Made by a program: the position numbers and the translations under genes
Notes under the pieces: generated by a model
Told to the model about the DNA's origin: nothing
Seen by the model: the letters and a program-made list of their open reading frames with translations, nothing else
The model's database searches: none
Assembly (NCBI GenBank): GCA_003552525.1
Contig: PUNF01000036.1
Location: 6,552-70,551, forward strand
DNA: 64,000 bases
Direction of reading: 5' to 3'
Source of the DNA: Clostridia bacterium
GTDB lineage: Bacteria > Bacillota > Sulfobacillia > SLMV01
Shown: positions 19,926-32,521 of the stretch, piece after piece
Layout: the number at the start of each line of letters is the position of its first letter
Position numbering within the stretch: the stretch's first letter is position 1

Positions 19926-21340
19926 TGGAATACCTCCAGGGATTCGTGTTCTTCGGCTGCATCAACAGGTACGCGGTAATCCCCCAGGAAACACGCCACA
20001 CAATAGTCCGAAGCCTTTCCGCCCGCTGCCTCGGCCACGCGGTCAACATCCAGGAACGCGAGGGAATCCGCCCCGACCACGGACCGGATCTCCTCCACCG
20101 ACCGCTCCGAGGCGATCAGCGTACCGCGGGTGCTCGTATCGATACCGTAGAAGCAGGGATAGCGATACGGTGGCGAGCTGATGCGAAGGTGGATTTCCCT
20201 CGCCCCGGCCTCGCGCAACAGCCGCACGAGGATCCTCGAGGTGGTCCCCCGCACCACCGAATCGTCCACCAGGACCACTCGGCGATCACGCACCACCTTC
20301 TGCAGCGGATTCAACTTCAGTTTCACACCACGTTGACGCAGATCATCGCCGGGCTGGATGAAGGTTCGCCCGATGTAGCGGTTCCGCACCAGTCCCATCT
20401 CGTAGGGAATCCCGGCCTCTTCCGCGTAGCCGGAGGCCGCCGAGATGCTGGAATCGGGCACACCGGTAACCACATCCGCCTCGACGTGGTGATCTCGGGC
20501 CAGTAGGCGACCCAGCTCCTTGCGCACCTGGTGGACGTTCCGACCGGCGATGTCGCTATCGGGGCGGGCGAAATAGATGTACTCGAAGATGCAGAGGCTG
20601 GCGCGTGCCGCCTCGTCCACAATCTTCGCACTGTTCATTCCACCGTGGTCGATGCTGAGAAATTCCCCGGGGGCGAGGTCCCGGACGAATACCGCCCCCA
20701 CCGCATCGAGCGCGCACGTTTCCGAGGCCACGACCCAGCCCCCGCCGAGCCGGCCCAAGCACAGGGGCCGAAAACCGTTGGGGTCCCGCGCGGCGTAAAG
20801 GCCGTCCGGGGTCAAGACGACCAGGGCATAGGCACCCTCGACCTGGCCGAGTGCGGAGAGGATACTCTGGCGTACGTCTTTTTCGGATTCGCGGGCGGCC
20901 AGGTGCGCGATCACCTCGGTATCGGCACTGGTCTGGAATATGCTCCCCGCCTCCTCCAGTTGCTGGCGAAGTACGGGGGCATTGACCAGGTTCCCGTTGT
21001 GGGCGAGGGCGACAGAGGTGGACTTCATCCTGACGACGAGGGGTTGCGCATTCTCGAGGGAGCTCTCCCCGGCCGTGGAGTAACGCACGTGCCCGAGGGC
21101 CGCGTCCGCCTCCAGCTCCTCGATATCGGCCGCCGAGAACACCTCGGAGACGAGGCCCATGTCACGGCGCAGGGCCAGCCGATCCGGGGCGACGCGGGCG
21201 GCGATGCCGGCGGATTCCTGGCCACGGTGTTGGAGCGCATAAAGCCCAAAGTGCGTAAGCACCTGCGCGCGCTCGCAGTCCCACGCCGCGAATACACCAC
21301 ACGCTTCCTTCGGTGAATCGTTGGGTAGAATGGTCTTCAT
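19922..21340 (-). CDS. purF: Amidophosphoribosyltransferase
   Basis: Propeptide followed by the catalytic Cys (ACGVFAAWD), Ntn-GATase and PRTase domains. ATG at 21340 verified; overlaps the purL stop. Confidence 0.9.
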   Translation of the reverse strand: MKTILPNDSPKEACGVFAAWDCERAQVLTHFGLYALQHRGQESAGIAARVAPDRLALRRDMGLVSEVFSAADIEELEADAALGHVRYSTAGESSLENAQPLVVRMKSTSVALAHNGNLVNAPVLRQQLEEAGSIFQTSADTEVIAHLAARESEKDVRQSILSALGQVEGAYALVVLTPDGLYAARDPNGFRPLCLGRLGGGWVVASETCALDAVGAVFVRDLAPGEFLSIDHGGMNSAKIVDEAARASLCIFEYIYFARPDSDIAGRNVHQVRKELGRLLARDHHVEADVVTGVPDSSISAASGYAEEAGIPYEMGLVRNRYIGRTFIQPGDDLRQRGVKLKLNPLQKVVRDRRVVLVDDSVVRGTTSRILVRLLREAGAREIHLRISSPPYRYPCFYGIDTSTRGTLIASERSVEEIRSVVGADSLAFLDVDRVAEAAGGKASDYCVACFLGDYRVPVDAAEEHESLEVFQ

Positions 21341-23529
21341 TCCAAACCCCTTTCCCACGCGTTTCGAAGTTCCTGTACGGATGACCGGAGCACCCTGGAA
21401 CCTTCCAGTGCAATCTCCAGGTGATCGCCACCCACCCGACCGATCTCCTTCAACGGACACCGGCTTTCAGCAGCGATTTCCCTTAACCGCGGCGCAAATT
21501 CGGGCGACACCGCGACGAGAATCCTTGAACCATCTTCGGCGAAGAATGCGACCTCTGGGTCATCGCAACCGGACAGGTCGACCGCGGCCCCCAGCCCGCA
21601 CGGCGAGGTGAGGGCACACTCTGCCAGCGCGACCCCCAGGCCACCGTGGGAGACGTCGTGCGCCGTACGCACGATACCCTCGGCGATGGCACGCCGACAG
21701 GCTAGACCCACCGACCGTTCCAGGGGATAATCCACCGCGGGGACGGGCCCGGCACTGATCCCGTGGACCAACCGCAAGTACTGGCTGGCACCCAGGTTTT
21801 CTCCGCCCCGGCCGAGGATGAACAATCGCTCACCGGCGCGCAAGAACCCCGAGCACGCATGCCGCTCGACGTCATCGAGCAAGCCGATCATCCCGATCAC
21901 CGGGGTCGGGTGCACCTGCCGCCCGCGCGTTTCATTATAGAAACTGACGTTCCCGCCGGTGACCGGGGTGTCCAGCGCGAGGCAGGCCGTCCGCATTCCC
22001 TCGATGACTTCGACGAAGCTACCCATGATTTCCTCGATCTCTGGATTGCCAAAGTTGAGGCAGTTGGTGATGGCCAGGGGTCGCGCACCCACGCTGGACA
22101 GATTGCGGTACGACTCCGCGACCGATCGTTCGGCTCCCCGGCGGGGGTCGAGTGCACAAAGATATCCATCACCATCGGCGACGCAAGCGATACCCTTGTC
22201 CGTACCCTTCACCCGCATGACGGCGGCATCGGCGGCACCGGGAGCAAGCACGGTGTTGATACCCACCATGTGATCGTACTGCTCGAAAACCGGACGCCGG
22301 GAAGCGAACGCCGGATGCCCGATCATCTCGGTCAGCGCATCCCCGGGATCCGGCCCCTGGGCGATCCCGGGTTCCCACCGCGATGTTTCAACCTCGGGCG
22401 ACTTCCACGGGCGATCATAGGTCGGTGCCCCGTCCGTCAGGCTCTGCACGGGAACGGCAGCGACCTCGCGGCCCTCCTCGAACACGCGCAGGCAGCGATC
22501 CCCGGTCACCTTCCCGATTTCAACCGCCGCGAGGTCCCAGCGGCGGAATATGGATTGCACCCGCGCGACGCCCTCGGGACGGACGATGACGAGCATGCGC
22601 TCCTGTGATTCACTCAACATGACCTCGTACGGATTCATACCCGGTTCCCGCCGTGGCACCCGGCCGACGTCGATCTGCATACCCGATCCCGCGCGGGCTG
22701 CCGTCTCCGAGCAAGCGGAGGTAAGCCCCGCCGCACCCAGGTCGTTCACACCGATCACGTCATCGCTTTGCACGGCCTCGAGGCAGGCCTCGATCAGGAG
22801 CTTCTCGCGGAAGGGATCGCCCACCTGGACAGCGGGACGCATGTCACCCGGGTTCTCATCGAATTCGCGGGACGCCAGGAGGCTCGCCCCGTGAATACCA
22901 TCGCGGCCCGTCGGTGCACCCACCAGAAGCACGACATTACCGGTTCCGGCCGCGGTCCCGCGGACGAGCCTGGCACGCTCCACGAGGCCGACGCACATCA
23001 CGTTCACCAACGGATTGTCCCGGTAGGCGTCATCGAACACGATCTCTCCGCCCACCGTCGGGACACCCACGCAGTTCCCGTAGGCACTGATCCCGGCTAC
23101 CACGCCCTCGAAAAGATAGCGCACGCGGGCATCCGCGGGGTCGCCAAAACGAAGGGAATCCAGTAGGGCGATCGGACGTGCACCCATGGCAAAAATGTCG
23201 CGCAGGATCCCTCCGATACCCGTCGCCGCACCTTGAACCGGCTCGATCGCGCTCGGGTGATTATGCGATTCGATGCGGAACGCGACCGCCATGTCCTCAC
23301 CGATATCAACCACCCCGGCATTCTCACCGGGGCCCTGCAACACCTGCGGCCCTTCGGTGGGCAACCGGTCGAGGTGGCGTCGCGAACTCTTGTAGCTACA
23401 GTGCTCCGACCACATCAAACCGTACAGGCCAAGCTCCAGGTGGTTCGGTTCTCGGTCCAATTCCGCACAAATCGCGCGATATTCCTCTTGTGTCAGGCCA
23501 ACGGCTTCCCAGGGGCGACCATCAGACAT
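21337..23529 (-). CDS. purL: Phosphoribosylformylglycinamidine synthase II (FGAM synthase large subunit)
   Basis: About 730 aa PurL with duplicated AIRS-like domains. ATG at 23529 verified; overlaps the purQ stop. Confidence 0.9.
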   Translation of the reverse strand: MSDGRPWEAVGLTQEEYRAICAELDREPNHLELGLYGLMWSEHCSYKSSRRHLDRLPTEGPQVLQGPGENAGVVDIGEDMAVAFRIESHNHPSAIEPVQGAATGIGGILRDIFAMGARPIALLDSLRFGDPADARVRYLFEGVVAGISAYGNCVGVPTVGGEIVFDDAYRDNPLVNVMCVGLVERARLVRGTAAGTGNVVLLVGAPTGRDGIHGASLLASREFDENPGDMRPAVQVGDPFREKLLIEACLEAVQSDDVIGVNDLGAAGLTSACSETAARAGSGMQIDVGRVPRREPGMNPYEVMLSESQERMLVIVRPEGVARVQSIFRRWDLAAVEIGKVTGDRCLRVFEEGREVAAVPVQSLTDGAPTYDRPWKSPEVETSRWEPGIAQGPDPGDALTEMIGHPAFASRRPVFEQYDHMVGINTVLAPGAADAAVMRVKGTDKGIACVADGDGYLCALDPRRGAERSVAESYRNLSSVGARPLAITNCLNFGNPEIEEIMGSFVEVIEGMRTACLALDTPVTGGNVSFYNETRGRQVHPTPVIGMIGLLDDVERHACSGFLRAGERLFILGRGGENLGASQYLRLVHGISAGPVPAVDYPLERSVGLACRRAIAEGIVRTAHDVSHGGLGVALAECALTSPCGLGAAVDLSGCDDPEVAFFAEDGSRILVAVSPEFAPRLREIAAESRCPLKEIGRVGGDHLEIALEGSRVLRSSVQELRNAWERGLE

Positions 23530-24214
23530 ATGCCGTTCCTCCTTCCCACCAGGAACGGACACTCTCAAACAGCCCAAGCCCGTCGCGACTCCCGAGGATC
23601 GATTCGGCGGCCCGCTCAGGATGCGGCATTAATCCGAGGACATTTCCCCGGAGATTGGCGATCCCGGCGACATTGTCCCACGACCCGTTCGGGTTCGCCT
23701 CCGCGGAGATGGACCCAGTCGGATCACAATATCGCAAGACCACGCGGGCATCGAATCGTCCAGGCGGCGGCTGGTAATTCCCCTGGTGATGGGCAACGGG
23801 CAGGGCGAGGACCGAGCCCGGTTCCATCGGCATGGTAAACGGGGTCTCGTTATCCTCCACCCGCACGTGCGTCGGGTGGCAAACAAAGCGCAAACCCCCG
23901 TTGACCATGAGGGCACCGGGCAGCAACCCGGCTTCGCACAGGACCTGGAAACCGTTGCAGATGCCAAGCACCGGCCGGCCTGCACTTGCGAAGGTGCGTA
24001 CGGCTTCCATCACCGGGGTATGTGCGGCCATGGCACCGGCCCGCAGGTAATCACCGTAAGAGAATCCCCCGGGCAGGACGACGCAGTCGATATCGGCGAG
24101 GTCATCTTCGTCGTGCCGCACGAACCGGACCGGTGCACCAGCTACCCGGCCGATCACGTGCGCGCAGTCCCAATCACAATTGGATCCGTAAAAGCGCACT
24201 ACTCCAAACTGCAT
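23522..24214 (-). CDS. purQ: FGAM synthase glutaminase subunit
   Basis: [16 protein letters not shown], class I GATase with catalytic Cys and His; 230 aa. Confidence 0.9.
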   Translation of the reverse strand: MQFGVVRFYGSNCDWDCAHVIGRVAGAPVRFVRHDEDDLADIDCVVLPGGFSYGDYLRAGAMAAHTPVMEAVRTFASAGRPVLGICNGFQVLCEAGLLPGALMVNGGLRFVCHPTHVRVEDNETPFTMPMEPGSVLALPVAHHQGNYQPPPGRFDARVVLRYCDPTGSISAEANPNGSWDNVAGIANLRGNVLGLMPHPERAAESILGSRDGLGLFESVRSWWEGGTAYV

Positions 24215-24468
24215 GTGGACTCCCCGTCCATGATCTCGATGGCGTAGTCTTCGATAACCGGGTTGGCCAGCAGCGCATCACACATCCTCGTGACGGATTG
24301 CTCCGCCGCGTTTCGATCCTCGGTTCGAAGATCCAGCTCGAGGTATTTGCCCACCCGGACCGCCTCGACTTCCGCGTGTCCGAGGCGCTGCAGGGATGCC
24401 CGTATCGTTTCTCCTTGCGGATCCAGGATCCCGGGGCGCAGGGTGACATAAACGGATGCACGCAACAT
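24199..24468 (-). CDS. purS: FGAM synthase PurS subunit
   Basis: 89 aa; YVTLRPGILDPQG... PurS fold consensus. Lies between purC and purQ. Confidence 0.85.
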   Translation of the reverse strand: MLRASVYVTLRPGILDPQGETIRASLQRLGHAEVEAVRVGKYLELDLRTEDRNAAEQSVTRMCDALLANPVIEDYAIEIMDGESTCSLE

Positions 24469-25220
24469 CAGGATTGTCCCGTCGTGAGGCGACGGAGTAC
24501 TTCCGCGTAGGCATCCTCCACTCCACCCATGTCCTGGCGAAAGCGATCCTTGTCGAGCTTGTCTCCGCTGGTAGAATCCCAGAAGCGGCAGGTATCGGGC
24601 GTAATCTCATCACCGAGGCGCACATTCCCGTCGGGATCGACGCCAAATTCGAGCTTGTAGTCCACGAGGGTCAGGCCGATGGTTTCGAGGTGATCGGTCA
24701 GCAAGCGGTTGATCTTTAGGGCCAAAGACTCCATGATCGCGAGTTGATCGGGCGTACAAAGACCCATGGCGTCGACGTGGTAGGCATTGATCCACGGGTC
24801 ACCCAGCTCGTCAGCCTTGAGGAAGTGCTCCAGCACGGGCTTTTCGAGCAGCGTTCCCTCGTCCATGCCGAGCCGCCTGGCCAGGCTGCCCGCGGCGATA
24901 TTGCGGACGACTACCTCGAGTCCGAACATGTCCATGTGCCGGACGAGGTGGTATCGATCCGAGAGTTGCCCGAGGAAATGCGTGTGGATGCCATTTTGCT
25001 CCAGGTAGCGATTCAGTATGGCGGAGATGTGGGCGTTGAAATAACCCTTTTCGACGATGGTGCCCTTCTTCTTCCCGTCGAAGGCGGTCGCATCATCCTT
25101 AAACTCCATGAGCATGATCGATGGATCGGGCGTAGAAAAGAGGGCCTTGGCTTTCCCCTCGTACAGCTTTTCCCCGCGCAACGCGGCGGGATCCTTTTGC
25201 AGCATCATCTCCAGCTCCAC
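24468..25220 (-). CDS. purC: SAICAR synthetase
   Basis: LYEGKAKALF ... SAICAR synthetase motifs. The true start may be 4-5 codons downstream (MMLQKD). Confidence 0.9.
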   Translation of the reverse strand: MELEMMLQKDPAALRGEKLYEGKAKALFSTPDPSIMLMEFKDDATAFDGKKKGTIVEKGYFNAHISAILNRYLEQNGIHTHFLGQLSDRYHLVRHMDMFGLEVVVRNIAAGSLARRLGMDEGTLLEKPVLEHFLKADELGDPWINAYHVDAMGLCTPDQLAIMESLALKINRLLTDHLETIGLTLVDYKLEFGVDPDGNVRLGDEITPDTCRFWDSTSGDKLDKDRFRQDMGGVEDAYAEVLRRLTTGQS

Positions 25221-25221
25221 G

Positions 25222-26517
25222 TCATATCAGCCCCAATCGTTCGAATACCACGTCCACGTGTCGTAGTTGCTCCCAGGGATCAAAACACTGTTCCAGGACT
25301 TCTGTGCCGAGTGCGTCGCGTACAACCGCATCCTTCTCGAGTAACGTGCGGAAGGTCTCTTCGCCCTCCATGCCCGCCATGGCCGCACCCTGGACGACGC
25401 GATACGCCTCGTCGCGGGGCATTCCTGCTTCGACCAGGCGAAGCAGGACGCGCTGGGAATAGATCGCCCCACCGGTCATCTCCATGTTCCGGAGCATCCG
25501 GTCCTCGTTGACGCACATATCGGCGATGACCATGGTCATCCGGCGAAGCATGTAGTGCAGGATGGTGGTGGAATCGGGCAAGATAACCCGCTCGACGGAG
25601 GAGTGGGAAATGTCGCGCTCGTGCCAGAGAGCGACGTTTTCCAGCGCGGCCAACAAATTACCCCGCAGCAATCGGGCCATCCCGGAGATCCTCTCGGTCA
25701 CGATGGGATTGCGCTTGTGTGGCATGGCCGAAGAGCCCTTTTGACCCGCGCGAAACGGCTCCTCCAGCTCCCTGACCTCGGTACGTTGAAGCCCACGGAT
25801 CTCCACGGCTGCCTTCTCCAGCAGGCCGCCCAGCTGGGCGAGGGCGCTCAGGAAGGCGGCGTGGCGATCACGTCCGACGATCTGCGAACTGACCGGTGCG
25901 GCCTGGAGCCCGAGGTCCTCGCAGACCTCCGCCTCGACATCGGGAGGCACCTGGGCATAGGTTCCCGTGGCCCCGGAAATCTTGCCGGTCGCCACCTCCC
26001 CTATCGCCGCCTCGAGACGCACACGCGCGCGCAAGAGTTCTTCGTACCAAAGGGCCAACTTCAGCCCCAGGGTGGTCGGTTCCGCGTGGACACCGTGCGT
26101 CCGACCCATCATCACCGTGTGACGGTGCCGCACCGCCCGATCGGCGACGGCATCGATCAACGCACACAGTTCCTCGAGAAGCAGTCCCCCGGCATCCTTC
26201 AGCTGGAGTGCGAGCGCGGTATCGAGCACATCGGAGGAGGTCAGGCCGTAGTGCAGGTAACCGGCGGCTTCCCCTACCTGTTCCGAAAGAGAGGATACGA
26301 AGGCGATCATGTCGTGGCGGACTTCATCTTCGATCTCGCGGATACGATCGGGACGAATCTCCGCCCTTTCCTCGACAATGCCGGCATCTTCCTCTGTTCC
26401 GTAACCCCGGCGCGCCCAGGCGCGCATGCAGGCGATTTCGACGCGTTTCCAGCATGCAAACCTGTTCTCGTCCGTCCAAATCTCCCGCATCTGCGGCAGG
26501 GTGTACCGGGGAATCAC
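25222..26517 (-). CDS. purB: Adenylosuccinate lyase
   Basis: Fumarate-lyase family protein with the adenylosuccinate-lyase C-terminal domain; 431 aa. Confidence 0.9.
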   Translation of the reverse strand: MIPRYTLPQMREIWTDENRFACWKRVEIACMRAWARRGYGTEEDAGIVEERAEIRPDRIREIEDEVRHDMIAFVSSLSEQVGEAAGYLHYGLTSSDVLDTALALQLKDAGGLLLEELCALIDAVADRAVRHRHTVMMGRTHGVHAEPTTLGLKLALWYEELLRARVRLEAAIGEVATGKISGATGTYAQVPPDVEAEVCEDLGLQAAPVSSQIVGRDRHAAFLSALAQLGGLLEKAAVEIRGLQRTEVRELEEPFRAGQKGSSAMPHKRNPIVTERISGMARLLRGNLLAALENVALWHERDISHSSVERVILPDSTTILHYMLRRMTMVIADMCVNEDRMLRNMEMTGGAIYSQRVLLRLVEAGMPRDEAYRVVQGAAMAGMEGEETFRTLLEKDAVVRDALGTEVLEQCFDPWEQLRHVDVVFERLGLI

Positions 26518-27030
26518 GTGTCCGCACCCCCGGTGAAACCCTCTTCGACGAGGGCGCGATCCTTCTTACCGACCTCTTGTGCACGCTCCATGCGGAACGC
26601 ATCCAGTGCTTCCTTCACGCCGGCATCGGCCACCGAGAGGATCGAGGCCGCCAACAATCCGGCGTTTTCCGCGCCATTGATTGCCACGGTCGCAACAGGT
26701 ATGCCCTTGGGCATTTGCGCGACCGACAGCAGGGCGTCCATGCCGTCAGTCGCCCAGGCCTTCAGCGGAACCCCGATCACGGGCAACGTCGTATGGGCGG
26801 CCACGACCCCGGGCAAAGCCGCGCTCCCCCCGGCCCCGGCGATGAGCACCTCGATTCCCCGGTCTCGGGCGGTACTCGCCCACTCGGCCGTCTCTGCAGG
26901 GGTTCGATGGGCGGAAAGAATGCGGGCCTCGTAGGAAATCCCCAGCCTGTCCAGTGCCTCTCCCGCGCGACGCATCACCGGGATATCCGAGTGACTTCCC
27001 ATGACAATTCCAACCCTCGGCATATGCATG
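26514..27030 (-). CDS. purE: N5-CAIR mutase (PurE)
   Basis: MPRVGIVMGSHSDIPVM ... ISAHRTP PurE signature. Start re-placed at the ATG after GGGAGGGAG. There is no purK between purE and purB. Confidence 0.9.
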
Positions 27031-27062
27031 TCTCCCTCCCGGCGCGGTATTGAACCCGCACC

Positions 27063-27116
27063 GTATCCGAACATTATCTACATCTACAGTCTAAATATTC
27101 GGCATACTACAGTCAA
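27063..27116 (-). promoter_or_regulatory. Candidate pur-operon promoter (-35 TTGACT, 17 nt, -10 TAGACT) with a downstream PurBox-like site GTATCCGAACATT
   Basis: Minus-strand TTGACT at plus 27111-27116 and TAGACT at 27088-27093. GTATCCGAACATT (27063-27075) matches the Bacillus PurR box consensus AWWWCCGAACWWT at 12 of 13 positions, located at roughly +6..+18. Confidence 0.3.
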
Positions 27117-27273
27117 TTGATCGAATGGACCCCAGAAAGTCCATGTTCTTGGGGAGTGAGCGCCGCTCCAACGGGTATGTTCGTGCAATAGGTGGTATCA
27201 ACACGTGGGCCTATGTTACCGTGTTTGCATATTCTAGTAGCATTGCCATTCAACGTTCGGAGGGGAATCTTCC

Positions 27274-27816
27274 ATGTCTACCGCACAACGCGTCACGTTC
27301 ACCGCCCTGTTCGTCGCGCTGGGATTGCTGTTGCCCATCGCGTTTCACATGGTGGGCTCGGGTACCGTCTTCTTGCCCATGCATATCCCCATCCTACTGG
27401 CCGGGTTTTTGGCCGGTCCCGGGATCGGCCTCATCACCGGTCTATTGACACCGGGGTTGAGCCATATCCTGACCGGCATGCCCCCGTTGAGCCCGATGCC
27501 GATCGCGCTACTGATGACTTTCGAACTGGCCACATTTGGTCTCATCGCGGGGTTACTTTACCACGTGCTGCGCTGGTCCATCTTTCCCTCGCTACTCGGC
27601 GCCATGATCGCCGGCCGCGTGGTGTACGGTGCGATCTTCGTGTACCTGCTTCCCCTGTTCGGCATCCCCACCCCACCGGTCTGGGCCTGGCTTAGCGTTT
27701 CACTGGCCACCAGCTGGCCCGGGATCGTGGTGCAGCTGATCGTGGTCCCGTCCATCGTCGCGGCCGCGCATCGCGTGCCAGTATTCGCAAGGCTACGGGA
27801 AAACTCGAGCATCTGA
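27274..27816 (+). CDS. ECF-transporter S-component-like small polytopic membrane protein (substrate unknown)
   Basis: 180 aa with 5-6 predicted TM helices and a Gly/Pro-rich loop pattern resembling energy-coupling-factor S components. No ecfA/ecfT genes nearby. Preceded by an AGGGGAA RBS and an untranslated leader of about 200 nt. Confidence 0.45.
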   Translation: MSTAQRVTFTALFVALGLLLPIAFHMVGSGTVFLPMHIPILLAGFLAGPGIGLITGLLTPGLSHILTGMPPLSPMPIALLMTFELATFGLIAGLLYHVLRWSIFPSLLGAMIAGRVVYGAIFVYLLPLFGIPTPPVWAWLSVSLATSWPGIVVQLIVVPSIVAAAHRVPVFARLRENSSI

Positions 27817-27940
27817 GGACTGATTGCCCCGGCCGGCCGCGACGGCGCCGGAGCAAAACCGGGATAAGGAAACCGACAGGGCTCCTGTGGCACTGCCTCG
27901 GATCACGTCCTCACCGTGACCGCGCTCGCCCGCAGGAACC

Positions 27941-29497
27941 TCACTCCCACTCGATCGTGGCCGGTGGCTTGGACGTAATGTCGTAGGCGACGCGATTGAT
28001 ACCGGGAACCTCGTTGATGATCCTCCTGGCCGTGACATCCAGAACGTCAGCCGGGATCCTCGCCCAATCGGCAGTCATGGCGTCTTCGCTGGTAACCGCC
28101 CGCAACACGGCGGTGGAGGCATACGTCCTCTGATCCCCCATGACACCCACGCTCAGCATATCGGGAAGCACGACGAAGCTCTGCCATATATCACGATAGA
28201 GGTCGGCGGCACGGAGTTCCTCTTCGAAGATCGCATCGGCTTCCCGAAGGGTATCGAGTTTCTCCCGGGTAATCTCGCCGAGGACACGTACCGCGAGCCC
28301 GGGCCCGGGGAAGGGATGACGGGTCAGGATTTCCCCGGGGATCCCGAGTGCTTCCCCCACGCGGCGGACTTCGTCCTTGAACAGTTCACGCAGCGGCTCC
28401 ACCAGCGCCATCCGCATTTTCTCTGGCAACCCGCCGACGTTGTGGTGACTCTTAATCACCGCCGAGCCACCCACCCCGCTCTCCACGACATCGGGATAGA
28501 TGGTTCCCTGAACCAGGAAATCGAAGTCGCCGAGGGCACGGGCCTGTTCATCGAAAACCGATATGAACTCGTGCCCGACGATCTTTCGCTTTTGCTCCGG
28601 ATCGCTTACCCCCGCCAGGGCACTCAGGAAGCGCTCCGATGCATCAACCGCCACCACGTTGAGTTCCATCTCCCTGGCGAAGAACTCGGTGACGGTGTGG
28701 GCTTCCTCTTTGCGCAGGAGACCGTGATCGACAAATACGCAGGTGAGCCGGTCCCCGATGGCCCGGTGAACCAGTACCGCGGAGACGGCCGAATCGACCC
28801 CCCCGCTTAGGCCACAGAGGGCACTACCCGACCCCACCTGTTCGCGGATCTGCTGCACCGCATGCTCGATGAACGACTTCATGTCCCATTCGCCGGAAAA
28901 ACCGGCGATATCATGAAGCCAGTTCCGGAGCATGTCCAGTCCCCTATCGGTATGCCCGACCTCCGGGTGGAATTGCACGCCATAAATCGGAAGCGCTTCG
29001 TGTACCATCGCTGCCACCGGTGTCCCCTCGCTATGGGCCAGCACCTTGAAACGATCGGGAGGCTCATTCACCAGGTCACCATGGCTCATCCACACGTCAA
29101 TTCGCGAGGGGATTCCGGCGAAGAGGCGATCGGTGGAGGCCAGTTGAAGAGAGGTCCTCCCGTACTCCCGTCGCGAGGCCGGTCCCACGGCCTCGCGGCC
29201 ACCATAATGGGCGGCAATCAGCTGGTGACCGTAGCAAATACCCAGCACGGGGATCCCCAGCTCGAAAATCCCTTCGTCCGCCGTGAGAGCATCCTCGTGA
29301 TATACACTGCCCGGACCGCCAGTGAGGATCAATGCACCCGGGTTTCGTGCGGAGATTTCCTCCACGCTTGAATCACCCGGCATGATTTCGCTGTAGACAC
29401 GGCACTCGCGGACCCGCCTTGCGATCAACTGCGAATACTGGGCACCAAAGTCCAATATGATGACCTTTTCCTGCGGAATCGCCTGGCTCTCTTTCAC
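27941..29497 (-). CDS. guaA: GMP synthase (glutamine-hydrolysing)
   Basis: N-terminal class I GATase (GICYGHQL) plus an ATP-pyrophosphatase domain (SGGVDSAV); 518 aa. Confidence 0.9.
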   Translation of the reverse strand: MKESQAIPQEKVIILDFGAQYSQLIARRVRECRVYSEIMPGDSSVEEISARNPGALILTGGPGSVYHEDALTADEGIFELGIPVLGICYGHQLIAAHYGGREAVGPASRREYGRTSLQLASTDRLFAGIPSRIDVWMSHGDLVNEPPDRFKVLAHSEGTPVAAMVHEALPIYGVQFHPEVGHTDRGLDMLRNWLHDIAGFSGEWDMKSFIEHAVQQIREQVGSGSALCGLSGGVDSAVSAVLVHRAIGDRLTCVFVDHGLLRKEEAHTVTEFFAREMELNVVAVDASERFLSALAGVSDPEQKRKIVGHEFISVFDEQARALGDFDFLVQGTIYPDVVESGVGGSAVIKSHHNVGGLPEKMRMALVEPLRELFKDEVRRVGEALGIPGEILTRHPFPGPGLAVRVLGEITREKLDTLREADAIFEEELRAADLYRDIWQSFVVLPDMLSVGVMGDQRTYASTAVLRAVTSEDAMTADWARIPADVLDVTARRIINEVPGINRVAYDITSKPPATIEWE

Positions 29498-30072
29498 CCG
29501 TCATCCCCCTCGTTCGACAAATCTTCGATCACCCGCACGCAGGGTAGCGCACGATAGCGCTGGTTCCAATCCAGCCCGTATCCAACCACGAATTCGTCCG
29601 GTATAGCCCGACCCACGTACTCCACCGATACGTCGATAGCCCTGCGCTCCGGTTTATCAAGGAAAGCGACGACACCCACGCTGGCCGGACCCCGGGTGGC
29701 GAAATGTTCCCTCAAATACCGCAGGGTCAACCCGGTGTCCACGATATCTTCCACGATCAACACGTGGCGATCCTCAATGGGGGACTCCAGATCGTGGAGG
29801 ATTCGGACCACGCCGGAGGATGTCGTGCTGCTGCCGTAGCTGGAAACGGCCATGAAGTCCAGGGAAACCGGTATGCTCAAGGCCCTGGCCAGATCCGACA
29901 TGAACACGACCGCTCCCTTTAGGATCCCGATCAACAGTAGCGGGCTTTCCTCGGTGACCAGATCCGCATAATGCGCGGATATCTCGGCGGCCAAACTCGT
30001 GACAATCGCGGAAATCTCCTCTTCGTCGACGAGGCAGCGTCCGAGTCGCATCATCGGCTCATTTTCACCCAA
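29494..30072 (-). CDS. hpt: Hypoxanthine-guanine phosphoribosyltransferase
   Basis: PRTase motif [14 protein letters not shown]; about 185 aa. Overlaps the guaA start by 4 nt. Confidence 0.85.
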   Translation of the reverse strand: MGENEPMMRLGRCLVDEEEISAIVTSLAAEISAHYADLVTEESPLLLIGILKGAVVFMSDLARALSIPVSLDFMAVSSYGSSTTSSGVVRILHDLESPIEDRHVLIVEDIVDTGLTLRYLREHFATRGPASVGVVAFLDKPERRAIDVSVEYVGRAIPDEFVVGYGLDWNQRYRALPCVRVIEDLSNEGDDG

Positions 30073-30236
30073 AGGTCCCTCACCCTCTTCCCATCGGCTC
30101 CGCCTCTAGCATACCCGAACATCGAAACGGGCAAAACGCCCTTTCGAAAGTGTCGAAACCCCGGGCAATGGGGCTTCGCGACGGATCACCTCGAAGCAAG
30201 GGGTATGGCCGGGCTGGTAGTGGAACCTAGAGAAAC

Positions 30237-30258
30237 GGCTCCCCTCGCGAGGGGAGCC
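30237..30258 (-). terminator. Rho-independent terminator downstream of groEL
   Basis: Perfect hairpin GGCTCCCCT-CGCG-AGGGGAGCC (9-bp stem, 4-nt loop) 35 nt after the groEL stop, followed on the minus strand by GUUUCUCUA. Confidence 0.55.
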
Positions 30259-30293
30259 GTCGTAGATGTATATCCTTGAGTTGGGGGCGAAAT

Positions 30294-31958
<1,665 letters not shown>

Positions 31959-31989
31959 TTAGCGATTGTGTACCGTCGGAAACCGATTA

Positions 31990-32277
31990 CTACTCGACGC
32001 GAGCTAGGATGTCGCGCTCACTGAGGATCAGGAGCTCTTCGCCCTTGATCTTGACCTCGGTTCCGGCATACTTGGAAAAGATGATGGTATCGCCTTCGGA
32101 AACCTCGAGGGATACCTTTTCGCCGTTGTCGAGCATCTTGCCCGAACCCACCGCGACCACTTCACCCTGCTGCGGCTTCTCCTTGGCGGTATCGGGAAGG
32201 ACGATGCCACTACTGGTAACCTCTTCCTCTTCGATCACCCGAACGACGACCCGATCACCCAAAGGTTTAATGTTCAT
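31990..32277 (-). CDS. groS: Co-chaperonin GroES (Hsp10)
   Basis: 95 aa; [19 protein letters not shown] ... canonical GroES. Confidence 0.9.
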   Translation of the reverse strand: MNIKPLGDRVVVRVIEEEEVTSSGIVLPDTAKEKPQQGEVVAVGSGKMLDNGEKVSLEVSEGDTIIFSKYAGTEVKIKGEELLILSERDILARVE

Positions 32278-32335
32278 TCCGTTACCTCCTCACTGCGATC
32301 GTGGACTATTTCCGAACTATGTTTCCGTCTCGTTG

Positions 32336-32362
32336 TTAGCACTCGCTGATGGTGAGTGCTAA
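32336..32362 (-). promoter_or_regulatory. CIRCE operator (HrcA binding site): TTAGCACTC-N9-GAGTGCTAA
   Basis: Exact match to the CIRCE consensus inverted repeat (TTAGCACTC gctgatggt GAGTGCTAA), 58 nt upstream of groES. Confidence 0.9.
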
Positions 32363-32373
32363 CACCAAGTAAC

Positions 32374-32403
32374 ATGGTATCGATCCGCTGGATTTGAAGT
32401 CAA
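32374..32403 (-). promoter_or_regulatory. Candidate groESL sigma-A promoter (-35 TTGACT, 18 nt, -10 TACCAT)
   Basis: On the minus strand, TTGACT (plus 32398-32403) and TACCAT (32374-32379), immediately upstream of CIRCE as in the Bacillus groE arrangement. Confidence 0.35.
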
Positions 32404-32521
32404 CTGGTTTCAAGGGGGATTATAGATAAATGCCGTTGATTATTTCACACCATGGGAGATTGACACGATGTTTCTACCCGAAACGCACAAGTTTCTTCCA
32501 TTGTAGAGATGCTACGACGCT

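Noticed and set aside
25555-27053. 459-aa and 385-aa plus-strand ORFs antisense to purB/purE
   Set aside because: They overlap the conserved pur genes antisense and have a low-complexity Arg/Pro/Gly-rich translation with no family resemblance.
27125-27273. Possible known riboswitch (purine, ZTP, preQ1, THF, TPP, FMN, T-box) in the ECF-S leader
   Set aside because: No class-defining motif was found: no UUUCUACC/CCGUAAAU, CCGCCUGGGCA, CUGAGA or AGGAUGG...GGUGAAAUUCC. It is kept only as an unclassified structured leader in the findings.
27817-27940. GC-rich palindromes (GGCCGGCC / CGGCGCCG) between the ECF-S gene and guaA as a bidirectional terminator
   Set aside because: The stems are ambiguous and overlapping, with no U-rich tract on either strand, so no confident call was made.
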